A stretch of 64,000 bases of DNA from Amoebidium appalachense (GCA_963693365.1 CAVNZM010000011.1:5101421-5165420), one strand, 5' to 3'; shown: positions 40,778-52,150, counted from the first letter of the stretch. The notes: generated by a model from the sequence alone, not told the origin. Translations and numbers: made by a program.

Positions 40778-42816
40778 CTATTTGTAGGCGAGGATCCCTT
40801 GCTTGTTGAAGCGATATGCCATTGTCCTTGCTGACATGGGGCAGCCCACACTCACACTCCTCCCGTCAACCGATCTGCGCTCCCCAAGCACCTTCTTAAG
40901 AGTTGAGCCCAGCCTCTTCGATCCCACCACGCGTGCCGCATCCATGCCATTTGCGGTTGCCCACTCGCGCATACGAACAGCCATTCCATCGGTCGTTACC
41001 CATGCACCGTCTTCGATAGCCAGGTTTTCCACTCCCTCGTCGTCGCGCGCCAGATCCTTCAAGAACTGTACTTCCAAAGGAAGACTTTTTTCCATTAGCT
41101 CCCGATGAAGCTCGGTGCTGGGGGGCGGTGCATAGTTATTGGGACGCCCGGGACATCCATCAGGAAATGATAGAGCGCCTCTTGGACTAGCGGGTTGCTG
41201 TGATGCTCGACGAATGCTCTGTAGTAATCCATCTGTCCAACACGCAGCGGGGAAGCTTCCAGGCAAATGAATCGGCGATCCGATGATTCAATCTTCACGG
41301 GCCAATCCTCGTTTGAAAGAAAAGCGTAGCGCTCATATGTTGTGGACTGCATTGCGTCAACACCCTTTTTCTCCAGTACTGTTTCCTCCTGGGTGATCAG
41401 GCTCTTAATTAGGTTGTTCACTTCATGTGCACCACCAAATACGCATTCATCAACAACAGCAAAGAGCTTGTTGCACAGATGTGCATTGAACTTGCCGGAA
41501 ATGTGCTCCTTGTTCTTAACATCCACAAAGCACTGCTTTCCGACGAGTGGCTTGAGAACATTGAACCAAATGTTCTTTCCTGTCCCTTGGACTGAACGAA
41601 CAAGGATTGCTGTTCCGGGTTTGGACGCTGGATGTTGGAAAACATGTGCAACCCATGTGAGGAGATAGTCAAAACAAGCCTCGTCCCCCGCGCAGAGTAT
41701 CTCAAATGCATGGGTGAGAAACAGCTCGACAGGATGCCCTGCGCCCACTCCCCTCTTTGCCAGGACGGAAGCCGTGTTTGGTGGTGGAATGCGCCCAGGC
41801 GGGTGCGGGACTGTTGGAGACCTTGGTCCGTTGTAGCAGAAGTCTTTCTTGTACTTGTATGGAAAGCCACGGAAAAGGTTGAACCTGCGATGGCTTGGAT
41901 CCAGGTAGTCTTCCTCCACAGATCCTGTTTTAGGGTCGGGTGATGACGGATCGAAGACAGCGCAAGCGTACGTGAGAATGTCGTTTCCAGTCATGAAATC
42001 GACACCGGTGTACTTGCGCTTTTGGGACATCCCTGATTCCTTGTCGATATCCGTGTATTCTATCACAATCTTCTCCATCGTTGCCTTGGTGGTTTCTCGG
42101 TTGTAGACATCAAGCTCATAGATCTTGCGTTCGTAGTTGTACTTGCGCATGATGTACGAGTTGGTGTTCTTTATGTAGGCGGCATGGTGACGGAGAAACT
42201 TGATGACATCTAACCGATCCCACGAGTCTGGAATGTACCCCCACATCGAGCTGTATCCCATCGGTGGATTGGGACCCTCAATCTCAAATGCATCGAAAAG
42301 CTTTCGAAGCTGTTTGTTTGTGTCGATTGTTTTGGTGAGAGCCTCTTTTTTCTTTTCCACAACCTCCGTCGTTGTCTTTGGAAATTCGAAACTACCAAAA
42401 ACCTCTGTCTGGCTGTTGGCTTTGTCCCAACGGTTGATATCATCCCATGACACTATTGGACTCATGGAAAGCTTGTTCTCTGGTGGAAACTTGTCCTTTG
42501 CCCAGTTCTTCAGGGCGACACGATTGGGACCTGGTGGCTTAAACCTGGCATTGCTGTGAATATGGGCGGTTCGGGTGCGCTTGGTCACTCTACTAGTGAT
42601 CTCAGCATACTGCACCCCAAATGCCGTGTCCAAGGAGCGATGTAGGTCTTCGTGGGAAAAGGGGGCGTTGTCAACTAGCATCCTCTCTGCGCGCTCCTTG
42701 GAGAAGATGCTGAAGAACCAGTCGGTGTGTCTACCACGTAAGGAGGACCCCTGGTGTGCTTGAGGTGGCTGCTCGGCACCTTCGCAACAGACGGTTTCAT
42801 GTTCGGTGGAGGTCAT
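40778..42816 (-). CDS. SF3 (D5-like/DUF5906-type) helicase with an HUH/Rep-like N-terminal domain; one frameshift near 41120
   Basis: Walker A VQGTGKN, Walker B AVVDE, motif C FLSN and SSDRRF, preceded by FNLFRGF and YLLTWVAHVFQHPASKPG. The C-terminus continues in ORF 40778-41266 after a G-run. The N-terminal assignment is tentative. Confidence 0.82.
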
Positions 42817-42866
42817 GATTACTATGGTACTAGATAATATTTGATGGCTGTCTGCTCTGTGCATCC

Positions 42867-43158
42867 CCTTTTATACCTTTTGCCCCTCCCCCCCCCCTCC
42901 CCCCCGGGGGCCCTGGGTGGCTGGGGGTGGCTGTGGGGGGCACACAAGGAACAATAAAGGAAGCACGAACCCACGCGCACGCGAGGCACGCGAGGCACGC
43001 GAGGCACGCGAGGCACCCGCGCCCCAGCCACCCCCAGCCACGGCAGCCCCCGCCCAGCCCCCCCCAGCCCCCCCCAGCCACCCACGCCGCACTGACCAGG
43101 TCGGTGCGAGGTGTGATTGTCAATGGGCAACGTCAAGCGGTGTGCAGGTATAAAGGGG
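42867..43158. promoter_or_regulatory. Divergent TATA boxes flanking four perfect GCGAGGCAC 9-mers
   Basis: TATAAAAGG on - from 42875; TATAAAGGGG on + at 43149; 9-mer x4 at 42981-43016. Confidence 0.6.
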
Positions 43159-43560
43159 CACACGAACCCCCAGGCCCCCAGGCCCGCGCGCGCACAAGCG
43201 CGTGTGCTTTTCCGCGCGCGAGGCACACGCGCTCACGCGCTCACAAGGCACCCGCGCCCCCACCCACCCCCAGCCCCCCACAGCCCCCCACGCGCAGGGC
43301 CTCACTCGCTGTAGTCGATGGGCAGTCGGTGGTGCCCATGTACGCAGCCCCCCGGGGGTGATGCCGAGCAGCCCGTAGAGCGTGTTGCCGAAGCCTAGCA
43401 TGGCTGGATGGCCTCATGGGACAGCAACTGCTCCAGCCCGGCCGATAAGCCTCTGTGGATCCCGAGCGGCTGTGCACAGGGGCTCGGCTGCCATGTTTCG
43501 GATGAGCCCAACGGACACTGCTGTGCGAGTGTGGGGACACCGGGGAGCGGGCGCCAAAGA

Positions 43561-44079
43561 TCAAGGTGGGGGTCTCGTGTAGTAGGGCATGACTTCTACC
43601 CAATCCGGCGGATGGTTAAAGACCACCATCCACTGAAAGACATTCAGTGCAGCGCTGTACGTCACCATGAGCAGCTTGTCATCAACCCAGTCACCCCCCG
43701 CATCAATAACAAACCCCCAGAAGCCCGTTGCGCGGCCGTCGGCCGTCACCCGCGGAGGGTCATACCAGGAATCGGAGAAGTCCGTGTGCTTGCACACAAA
43801 CCTGAGTGGGGCAGTCAGCACCGACCTCCTGCCCCTGCGAATGGTGCCGAATTCGTCCGCAAAGTCGGGCGGCTCTGGGTAGACGATGCGGACTACACCC
43901 AGTGCTCGGGTCTCGACCCCACCCGCAACGAGCGCGGCGGGAGAAACCACGTTGGGTCGTTGACAAAGGCTTGCAGTTCCTCGGGGTTGGACAGCACCCC
44001 TTCCACCGGCGGCAACTGAGACCCCAATACACAACCAGCCGGACCCCCCAAAGGACACACCAGCATTTCTGTGTCCCAC
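43561..44079 (-). CDS. Hypothetical protein, probably extends further through frameshifts
   Basis: Protein-like 172-aa ORF; no family recognised. Confidence 0.4.
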   Translation of the reverse strand: MGHRNAGVSFGGSGWLCIGVSVAAGGRGAVQPRGTASLCQRPNVVSPAALVAGGVETRALGVVRIVYPEPPDFADEFGTIRRGRRSVLTAPLRFVCKHTDFSDSWYDPPRVTADGRATGFWGFVIDAGGDWVDDKLLMVTYSAALNVFQWMVVFNHPPDWVEVMPYYTRPPP

Positions 44080-45170
44080 AGGAGAATAGTATTTGGATTG
44101 TTTTGGAAGCGTATGTGTGTTTTCCAGGAGTCACCAAAGACAGGCCAAGAAGACCGGCCCACCAGAGTGATGGAAGATGATCAGGAAAATGTTAATAAGG
44201 AAAAATGAGGGTGAACGCGTATGCGAACATAGGCTGTGCCCGGCATTGGCATGATGCTTTGAGGTGTGACAAGATGAATAGCGAGACTAGAATGGACCAG
44301 GCCCAGAACGGAACACAGATGTCAAGTGACATAGGAATCAGACCCTACACGTCACCCAGATCAGTGCACTTTGTGGAAACCTAGGCCCAGAACCGGACAC
44401 CAAGATGTCAAGATGACAGGACACAAGTCACATAAGGCACACGCGAACACGACACACACACCCACCCAGCGCGCGAGGCACGCGGGCACACGTGCACACG
44501 GGCACACCGGCACACGGGCACCTGCCCGCGAGCCCGCGAGCGCCACCATGAGCAGTCGATGGATGCCCCATTTTAATGGTAATCAGATCGCGGCGCGGTC
44601 ATACAATGCCAGTGCACAGTTTCAGCAGCCAATGAAATGTCGGAGAGCAAGCAGGTCCCAAACCAAAATCCTCGGACATGCCAGCTCGTACACAGTCTGC
44701 TCGTTCCTGACACGCCTGTAAACCGCTGTGTATGTTGATTGCACGATGCAGTGGTCTTCCCTTGCACCGAAACTCAAACTGAAAATTTTTACGTTGGACT
44801 TTGTATTCTGGGGTCGGCCCTACCCCACCAGGCACCATCGACAACCTCTTGCAAGCATACCGCGTGGCAAACCGGGTTGTTCTGCCTGAGTAATAAAGTA
44901 AACAAATAATGGACTTGCACTGGATGCAAGCGCTCCCCATGCACCTGCGCGCGAGGCACGCGAGGCACGCGAGGCATGCGCGGCACCCAAGGCCCACGTG
45001 CACGCATGCACACAAGGTACACAAGTCGCACAAGGCACAAGCGCACCCCCAGCCCCCCCAGCCACCCCCAGCCCCCCACGCCCCGCGCAGGGCCGCAGTA
45101 CGAAGAAGAAATAAAACGCTTTTGAGATTTGGGGATCCCTCAAGTTCTTTCAACCCACCCCCCCCCCCCC

Positions 45171-45243
45171 CAGCACGACCGAGGGCGCCACGCGCAGGTA
45201 TAAAAGGCGCACACACAGCCAACTGGGGTCAGTCTGACACAGG
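45171..45243 (+). promoter_or_regulatory. Duplicated TATA promoter cassette (second copy 46893-46965)
   Basis: CAGCACGAC.GAGGG.GCCACGCGCAGGTATAAAAGG...GGGGTCAGTCTGACACAGG-ATG in both copies; TATA starts 45 nt before the ATG in each. Confidence 0.75.
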
Positions 45244-46854
45244 ATGGCTACCGGACAGACCAACTCAAAGGTGGACATGTCGCTTCTGTGGAGGGAGTTC
45301 CCCCAGTTCAAGGATGCTACTGTTCGCATTGACCAAGATACCAAGATGGCAAGTGTGCTGGACGTAGCATCCCTGGTACTAGGCACCACCAATGCAGCGA
45401 AGTGTGCATGGGCAGACCTTAGGAATTCCACAGACTCCAACATCAAGAAGATGGTGTCTGAGGGACACCACGTTCTCCGCATCGATGGAAGGGGCAAGTT
45501 GACACCTGTAGCTCCCTTCAAGTTCATCGTCGAGATCATCTTCCTGCTCCCTGGCAAGCGCGCGCACAAGTTCCGAAGGATCTGTGCCAATTATATCAAG
45601 CGCCTGATGTCCAACGAAGTTAACCATGTGAGCGAGGCCGAAGGTATAAAAGGACTGAACACACATGACAACACCTCAGTTTCCCAAACTATGAATTCCG
45701 AACACACAGATGTGGTATTGACCGGAAACGAGGTCGCCGCAAAAAAAGGCGACACCATCTGCATTGGTGACTATGTAGTGCGAGTTGCTCAATCCGAAGG
45801 TGTTAAATACGCCAGTCTTGTTGATTATGCAATGCTAGTGCGCAATTTAGACAGACATGCGGCCGCTGAGTATGTCAGACGACATTATGAGAATGAAGAG
45901 GAAATCAAAGGCCTCAACATGAGGCCTTTGAGGTTCGGCGATTCAAAGCGACCCTCGATTGGTGTTCCTGCTTCATCGTTGGTGAAACTGACCTTCAAGA
46001 TGGCATCCGGCTCGCGCTATGGATCTGCCCTCGTTGACAAGTGGGCCCGAGACATAGCGCGCCTGGAAGGTGGGGACGAGACCTTGGTCGAAGACATCGA
46101 GCGTAACCGTGCCACGGCAGCGGCCAACCCGTCAGGACCCAACGCTTTCATGCGCGACAGTGTGAGGGGGGAAATGGGTGTGGCCGGCACCCCCGAGAGG
46201 GAGCCCAAGAGACTGAAGCTCGGAGACATCACCCAGTTCATGACCAACCAGGCCGAGATGGAAACTGCACTGAGTCTGTACAAGGAGGCGCGCATCGCCG
46301 AATCTTCCCAGTACACAGAGATCGTGAGGATGCGCGAGGAACGCGCCCTGATTCGCGAGGAGCGCCTGAAACTCGAGGTGCAGTGTCGGCTTCTGGAACT
46401 TCAGACCACAGACAATCTCAAGCAGGACCACATTCCATCGGAATTCGAGGATGCCAGTGATGAGCTGCGCCGGGTCACCAACCACGTGTGCACCAAGCAG
46501 CAGTCCGGTATCTACGTGTTTGTGTCCGAGTATGGCGACCCCCCCTGTCTGAAGATCGGCCAGAGCCTGAAGGACGTGAAGGGCCGCATGAAGCAGGCCG
46601 GTACGTGGCATGTGGGGCCCAACAAGCGCCTGCTCTTTGCGCTTCCCGTGCCGTCCGAGCAGCTGGCGCTTGCAGAGAAGTGTCTGCACACCGCGCTTAA
46701 ACACAAGAACGTTGAGCGCGAGCTGTTCCGTGTGGACTTTGTGACCTTTGCGGTGGCCATGCTGGAGATGGCGAGGGAGCACATGGAAGACGACTTGACA
46801 AGGGACCTCGTCATCAGCGTCTTCAAGAAAGCCAGTCACGAGCAAGCACAGTAG
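45244..46854 (+). CDS. Bro-N/KilA-N-like DNA-binding protein with C-terminal T5orf172/GIY-YIG domain
   Basis: VRID...ASVLDV...TPVAP...VEIIFLLPGKRAHKFR; a second diverged copy ending RLEGGDETLVEDIERN; a coiled coil; GIYVF...LKIGQS...R...EKCLH...RELF. Confidence 0.75.
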   Translation: MATGQTNSKVDMSLLWREFPQFKDATVRIDQDTKMASVLDVASLVLGTTNAAKCAWADLRNSTDSNIKKMVSEGHHVLRIDGRGKLTPVAPFKFIVEIIFLLPGKRAHKFRRICANYIKRLMSNEVNHVSEAEGIKGLNTHDNTSVSQTMNSEHTDVVLTGNEVAAKKGDTICIGDYVVRVAQSEGVKYASLVDYAMLVRNLDRHAAAEYVRRHYENEEEIKGLNMRPLRFGDSKRPSIGVPASSLVKLTFKMASGSRYGSALVDKWARDIARLEGGDETLVEDIERNRATAAANPSGPNAFMRDSVRGEMGVAGTPEREPKRLKLGDITQFMTNQAEMETALSLYKEARIAESSQYTEIVRMREERALIREERLKLEVQCRLLELQTTDNLKQDHIPSEFEDASDELRRVTNHVCTKQQSGIYVFVSEYGDPPCLKIGQSLKDVKGRMKQAGTWHVGPNKRLLFALPVPSEQLALAEKCLHTALKHKNVERELFRVDFVTFAVAMLEMAREHMEDDLTRDLVISVFKKASHEQAQ

Positions 46855-46965
46855 CCCCAAGACATTTCAATGGATAAGCACCAACCTGCCCTCAGCACGA
46901 CTGAGGGTGCCACGCGCAGGTATAAAAGGAGCACGCACGGCCACCTGGGGTCAGTCTGACACAGG

Positions 46966-47898
46966 ATGGCTACCGGACAGAACAACTCAAAGGTGGACAT
47001 GTCGCTTCTGTGGAAGGAGTTCCCCCAGTTCAAGGATGCAACGGTCCGCGTCGACAAAGCCAGCAAGATGGCGAGCGTCCTCGATGTGATTGAATTGGTC
47101 GTGGGCAGTTCCACCACTGCCAGGAAGGCGTGGTTTGACATGCGGAAGTCTCCGGGTGAACCCGTTACTGGTGGTAACGGGTTTAGAACCGAGGTTTTGC
47201 AGGGTGTTGTAGACCTGAAGATAAACGGAAAGGGAAATGTGACCCCGGTTGCCCCCTTCCGCACCCTCCTCGAGATCATCTACCTGCTCCCTGGCAAGCG
47301 CGCTCATGATTTCCGTAAGACTTCTGCCCAGTACATGGCGCGCCTCCTCTCTGGCGACTTGCTTCTCATCGAGGAGATCGAGGCCCGCTACGACAACAGC
47401 ACCCCCGAGGAGCGCGAGTTCTTCCGCAACGGCACGGACGAGACCCCTGACCGCAAGCGCCGCCGCGAGGAGCTGGAGGAGGAGCGGAGGCTGCGTCTGC
47501 GCCGGGAGGAGGCGGAGATCACGCGTCTCGAGAGGGAGAACCAGAAGATGGCCATGGACAACCTCGTCCAGTACGAGGCACTGCTTGAGCGCCTGGGGCT
47601 GGACCGTGATCCGCGCATGCGTCAGCTCGTCAACGACTCGGTCTCCAACATGCTGCTCCCCAACCAGGGTCTGCGAGCCATCGAAGGCACCACCCTCTCC
47701 GACCATGTCACGGTAGGGAAGTTTGTGGTCGACCGTGGCATCAAGTGCAAGTCCGCCTCTGCGCTCGGCCGCATGGTCAGCAAGGCCTGGCGTGACGAGA
47801 TGGGGTGCGAGCCCGAGACGACGCAGATGGTGGTCAACGGGGACGTGCGCACGGTCAAGCTGTACCCTGTGAGCTTCCTGGCGAAGCACGTTGTGTAG
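46966..47898 (+). CDS. Bro-N/KilA-N-like DNA-binding protein, paralog of 45244 with a different C-terminal domain
   Basis: Near-identical N-terminus (MATGQ.NSKVDMSLLW.EFPQFKDATVR), a coiled coil, and C-terminal SALGRMVSKAW...VNGDVRTVKLYP. Confidence 0.75.
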   Translation: MATGQNNSKVDMSLLWKEFPQFKDATVRVDKASKMASVLDVIELVVGSSTTARKAWFDMRKSPGEPVTGGNGFRTEVLQGVVDLKINGKGNVTPVAPFRTLLEIIYLLPGKRAHDFRKTSAQYMARLLSGDLLLIEEIEARYDNSTPEEREFFRNGTDETPDRKRRREELEEERRLRLRREEAEITRLERENQKMAMDNLVQYEALLERLGLDRDPRMRQLVNDSVSNMLLPNQGLRAIEGTTLSDHVTVGKFVVDRGIKCKSASALGRMVSKAWRDEMGCEPETTQMVVNGDVRTVKLYPVSFLAKHVV

Positions 47899-48201
47899 CG
47901 TATAGTGGCCGAGGCACACCAACCAGCATCTATTGGATACGACAGGGGACCAATTGGTCAAAGTGACCAATTGCTCGTTTGGTAAGGGAGGGAAGTTGTC
48001 ACCTGCTGTTCCGGACCCAACGACATACCTTCAAAGTTTCGTTTCTTCAATCGCAGTAGCCCAACGACATACCTTCAAAGTTTCGTTTCTTCAAACAGAG
48101 GAAATGTGCAGGCCGCAATAAATAAAACACAACCAGCTCTGGGACCTCCCCCCCCCACCCCCCAACAAACAAGAACACCCCTGCGCCCACAACTATTATC
48201 C

Positions 48202-48603
48202 ATGCACACGGTAATGTACGCGCTCGTTGCTCTACTTGCACAAGCCGCCGCCGCCGCCGCCAGCTACGTGACGGCCTCCCCGACGCCGGCGCCAACCACC
48301 CCGACACCCACCCTCACCCAACCATCCAGATGCACACGGCTCGTTGCGCAGACGGCCACCGCAGCGCCCGTGTGCTCGCAGGTGCCGGTGCCGGGGGTGG
48401 GGTGCGGGTGGCTGTGCCGCACGGTGGTGCCGCAGAATCCGTCGCTCGTGCCGTGCAACCAGTTTGTGGGCTGCAACCTCTACCAAGCGGACCCCAAGAC
48501 CGGCGGGGTGCTGCGGTGCAAGCGGCGCAGGGCCACGTCGATGCCGTGCACGCCGGACTTCTGCTGCGTCATGCCTGCTGGCATCGGTGCAGCAGGCATA
48601 TAA
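48202..48603 (+). CDS. Small secreted Cys-rich protein with Pro/Thr stalk
   Basis: Signal-like MYALVALLAQAAAAAA, a PTPAPTTPTPT stalk and 10 Cys. Confidence 0.65.
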   Translation: MHTVMYALVALLAQAAAAAASYVTASPTPAPTTPTPTLTQPSRCTRLVAQTATAAPVCSQVPVPGVGCGWLCRTVVPQNPSLVPCNQFVGCNLYQADPKTGGVLRCKRRRATSMPCTPDFCCVMPAGIGAAGI

Positions 48604-48725
48604 ACTCTTTTGCGGTTATCGGTCACAGAATGGACGCAATCCCCCCCCCCCCACCCCGCGCGGGAACCCATCCGAAACTGTCCCAGGGAACCACCCAGAT
48701 GTCGAAAAATTCGGCTGTTGTGTAG

Positions 48726-50237
48726 ATGGCTTTAACACAGACATTGTCGGTAAAGCCCCACTGCTTCTTCAAGTTTGTCAAACGCAATACCCAACATTTC
48801 AAGTTGGAAGACGCACATCTGAAACCCCGCAACACCCAGACATACAAGTGGGCTATGGGGGACGTCTGTCTCTCCATCAACTTGTGGAGCACTCAAAATG
48901 ATGTCGAACCAGTCTGTCTGACCTGTGTTACATCTCTGGTTTTTGAAGCAGGGCTGGGTGGCTACAGATTGTTGTTTATTTGTATGCGTCAAACAGCTGG
49001 AACGGAATACAAGTTTGCTGTAAGGTATGATTCAAAAAGCCGGTTTCTCGTGGACCAGCGGAAGCACCGTTTCGGGTCGATTGTGGTGAAGTGTGCTCCC
49101 TACGTGGCCGAAAAGTACAAACAGGCTATTGTCCCTGGAAGACCTACGCCCTCGGACATGATGGAGGACATACAAAAAACGTGGCCACTTCTATTTGACT
49201 GGTACAACGGTCTCGTTGATCTTCAGAAGTCACTGACCGAGCTGATTGGGGTTGGCTCCGTTGAAGCCTCACCGGCTGTGGCAGGGTGTGGCGCCAGGTC
49301 TCGGGACAACACCTTCGTACTGCTGCAAACCTATCTGCCAAAATCTGTTCGTTTTTCCCCTGGCACATCCCTCAAAATAGAGCATAATAGTGATGCTGTC
49401 CCCAAGTCCACACCAGCACTCAGTGTTGTGACGGACAATGGTAAAATGTCCACTTGGAAGGTGTCAGCAGGAAAGTGGGGTTTCAGATGCCCGAAAGCAT
49501 TCGTGTCGAACCTCTCTTCATGGCTGAAAAGCCAAGAACGTGAGCGCTACTATATAATGCATGTGTCGAGCCCAGAGCATGCTTCTGTTGTCATTATCGA
49601 TTCGCAAGTCAAGGTGGTCGAGTGCTTTAACATGTCTGCCCCGGCAGGGCTAATCGCTGACGCCCTCTGTATGTTCCTTGAGGGGGCCGGTTACACTGGA
49701 AGCTCGAAAGTTCTGCGCACCTACCAACACGAATCTGTATGTAAGAGCCTTCAGACAAGTTTTAGGAGGGTTTTGTATGAGGAACTTGTCGATAGAAACG
49801 AAATACACGACTCGGCATGTGCCTCCTGGTTGATGGTCTACATACTCCTGCGCACGTCAAGCTTCGACTGGGGTTCCCAACCGGGCAATGGAAACACCAT
49901 TGGGGAACGGGTCTGCAATCATATAACGACAAAGCTTGAGAAGGTGGACAGAGGATTCCGGGCAGTCTACAAAATCGGGGCCGTGCTGTCCCTGTACGGG
50001 AAGCAACTGACCGAACTCTACTGGGCTAAGATGCATGGAGGAGAGATAAATGTGGTGCAGCCGAATCTTGATGACCCACGGTACACACAGGTAATAAGAG
50101 AGGTAATAACCAAGAAAACGGTCGTGTTGACCGATGCCGAGCTTGAAGCCGCAGGACTGCCGAGGCGCAGGGATGGAGAGCGGCTTGTGGAAGACATCGC
50201 GAAAGCAGCAGCGACAACTCCGAATGCAAGTGTGTGA
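48726..50237 (+). CDS. 503-aa protein, putative cysteine protease (His-Asn-Cys order, clan CE-like); paralog of 60481-61986
   Basis: HASVVIID...ECFN...LQ...SACASWLMVYILLR conserved with the paralog. ORF is clear; function is inferred. Confidence 0.55.
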   Translation: MALTQTLSVKPHCFFKFVKRNTQHFKLEDAHLKPRNTQTYKWAMGDVCLSINLWSTQNDVEPVCLTCVTSLVFEAGLGGYRLLFICMRQTAGTEYKFAVRYDSKSRFLVDQRKHRFGSIVVKCAPYVAEKYKQAIVPGRPTPSDMMEDIQKTWPLLFDWYNGLVDLQKSLTELIGVGSVEASPAVAGCGARSRDNTFVLLQTYLPKSVRFSPGTSLKIEHNSDAVPKSTPALSVVTDNGKMSTWKVSAGKWGFRCPKAFVSNLSSWLKSQERERYYIMHVSSPEHASVVIIDSQVKVVECFNMSAPAGLIADALCMFLEGAGYTGSSKVLRTYQHESVCKSLQTSFRRVLYEELVDRNEIHDSACASWLMVYILLRTSSFDWGSQPGNGNTIGERVCNHITTKLEKVDRGFRAVYKIGAVLSLYGKQLTELYWAKMHGGEINVVQPNLDDPRYTQVIREVITKKTVVLTDAELEAAGLPRRRDGERLVEDIAKAAATTPNASV

Positions 50238-50592
50238 TATATCTGTGATATCTCTGGCTTGCTTCTCTTTCATACTAATTATGTGACAGATACGCGTGGT
50301 TTGATTGGTACGAGCTGAAGGGGACAAAGCAGCTCATTGCCAAGTTGGACGGAAAAATCTGCAGTGCAGATAATATTGTGCGGTCAGATATGTGTTCGCT
50401 GTTGTCGGGTCGTCCGACAATTGTGATCAACATCCGAATGAGACAATAATCATCATCCCTGAAATTCAGGGTTCATTAGTTTGGTGCCCAAACTCACCAT
50501 CACCATCGATTTTGGCACCATCGGTGGTTAGACCTGAAGGTATAAAAGGAGCAGTCCAGACCATAATTCATCATTCTGCAGCAACCATCAAG

Positions 50593-52150
50593 ATGGAGAC
50601 AACCCAGAACATGGACATCAACAACAACATGCAGAGCGACAACATCGACAGCATGGACACGGACGACAGTATGGAGGAGAACGCATCCCTTGAGGACACC
50701 ATCCGCACCCTTCTGCTTGACCCCGAGCGCTCCCGCATCCGCTACTGGGCGCTCCTCTCCGACCACACCGACCTGCACGAGCGTGCCGCCACAGCGCTCG
50801 GCGACACCAAGCGATTTGGGGTTGTCGCCCAGGACACCCGCACCCTGCCGTCCGGCAAGATCCTGTCCCTCGTCCGCCTGCGTGAACAAGTGCACGCCAC
50901 CTCCGTGCGTGGTGCACTGGGCGACACCTCCATCAGCATCTGGAAGGTGGCGGACACCAAGGCTCTTGCAGAGGCCTTGCGCCAGCTGCCCACAGCAGTC
51001 CCTGGCATGGACCTCGACGGCGACGGGCTGGCTGTGACTCTGTTCAAGTTCGGGGAGGGCGGGGGAGACTGGGGCGGCAAGACCATCCGCTGCACCAACA
51101 CCGTGCCCCGGAAGGCGGATGTGTTTGATGTTCTAGCGGCGATTGGTTATGGCAACCCCAAGGACAAATTCAAGGAGGTGATGGACGCAGATCAGTCCTT
51201 GATTAACTCGGTCGGATACTCCGACTCAGTTGATCATCAGAACCCCCGCCCGGTCGCCGATGCTAAGCAGCTGGTGCGCATCATCCTGGCCCTGACCGGT
51301 CCCAAGGTTGCTGCTTTCAAGGCTGCGGCCGCTGAGCTCATCGTGCGCTACCTGGGTGGTGACGAGACTTTGGTTGACGAGGTGCGCGCCAACCGTCGTC
51401 TTCAGGAGTCCCTCCCCGAGGGCAGCGGCGCTCGCCTGTTCGGGGAGTACGTGGAGAACGGGGGGTGCCGGGGGATCCGAGGAGCACGGGGCTGCCTACT
51501 GGCAGACGCTGCTCCAGAACATGCAGCGCACAATCGAGGACCGGAACATTACCATCGAGGAGCGCAACAAGACCATCCGGGACCGCGACACGCTGATTGA
51601 GCAGCAGCAGCTTGTCATCGAGTACAGCAAGTCCCACGTGGCCCGCCTCACCAGCGCCCTCAACAGCACCGCCCAGGCCTTCACCCCCCGCATCCTACCC
51701 GAGGACCCGGACAGCTCCGCCCTCGGTGGCACAGGCAACCCCTTCCTGCGTGACCGCCTGTACAACCTTCCCCGCAGCGTCACCGCCGCCATGTTTGGAG
51801 GGTCTACCAAGGGCTCTGTTGGACTCGTGCGCCGCTATGTACTCGAGGTGCTGAACGTGGACATCTACACCGACAAGCCCGACACGGCAGTGGTGGGGGT
51901 CATCGGAGCTGACATGGCTATCCAGCGCGCCATCAAGCTGCGCTCAGCACTCGGCTGGGGACGTGCGGTCATGTCCACCGAGATCACTGCCCGCCAGGCC
52001 TACACCATCATCTTGGCCACGGCGGTTTGGCTGGAGCGGGAGGTACCCCACAGCCCGGAGGTTGCCGAGTTCAAGTACACGGCGCAGGTGTTCAGGAACG
52101 CATACGAGGGGCTGGTCCCCGCCAGCGTGCAGCCCAGACTGGGCTGTTGA
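50593..52150 (+). CDS. Bro-N/KilA-N-like domain protein; one frameshift in the G-run at ~51460-51465
   Basis: KTIRCT...DVFDVL...PVADAKQLVRIILALTGPKVAAFK...IVRYLGGDETLVDEVRAN, continuing in ORF 51308-52150; TATAAAAGG at 50541. Confidence 0.7.

Noticed and set aside
40778-42816. Helitron or endogenous CRESS/parvovirus identity for the HUH-like gene
   Set aside because: The helicase is SF3 of the D5-like type rather than PIF1, the catalytic Tyr is absent, and no small-virus capsid gene is adjacent.
44528-44800. Possible KilA-N gene remnant
   Set aside because: Only a faint resemblance in a short broken frame; not enough to call.
46987-47970. 327-aa minus-strand ORF (and similarly 57007-58299 on +)
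   Set aside because: Antisense shadows of GC-rich genes that have recognisable motifs on the other strand.
48015-48094. Short ~35-bp direct duplication (similar cases near 33505-33570 and 35068-35140)
   Set aside because: Ordinary slippage duplications with no further structure.
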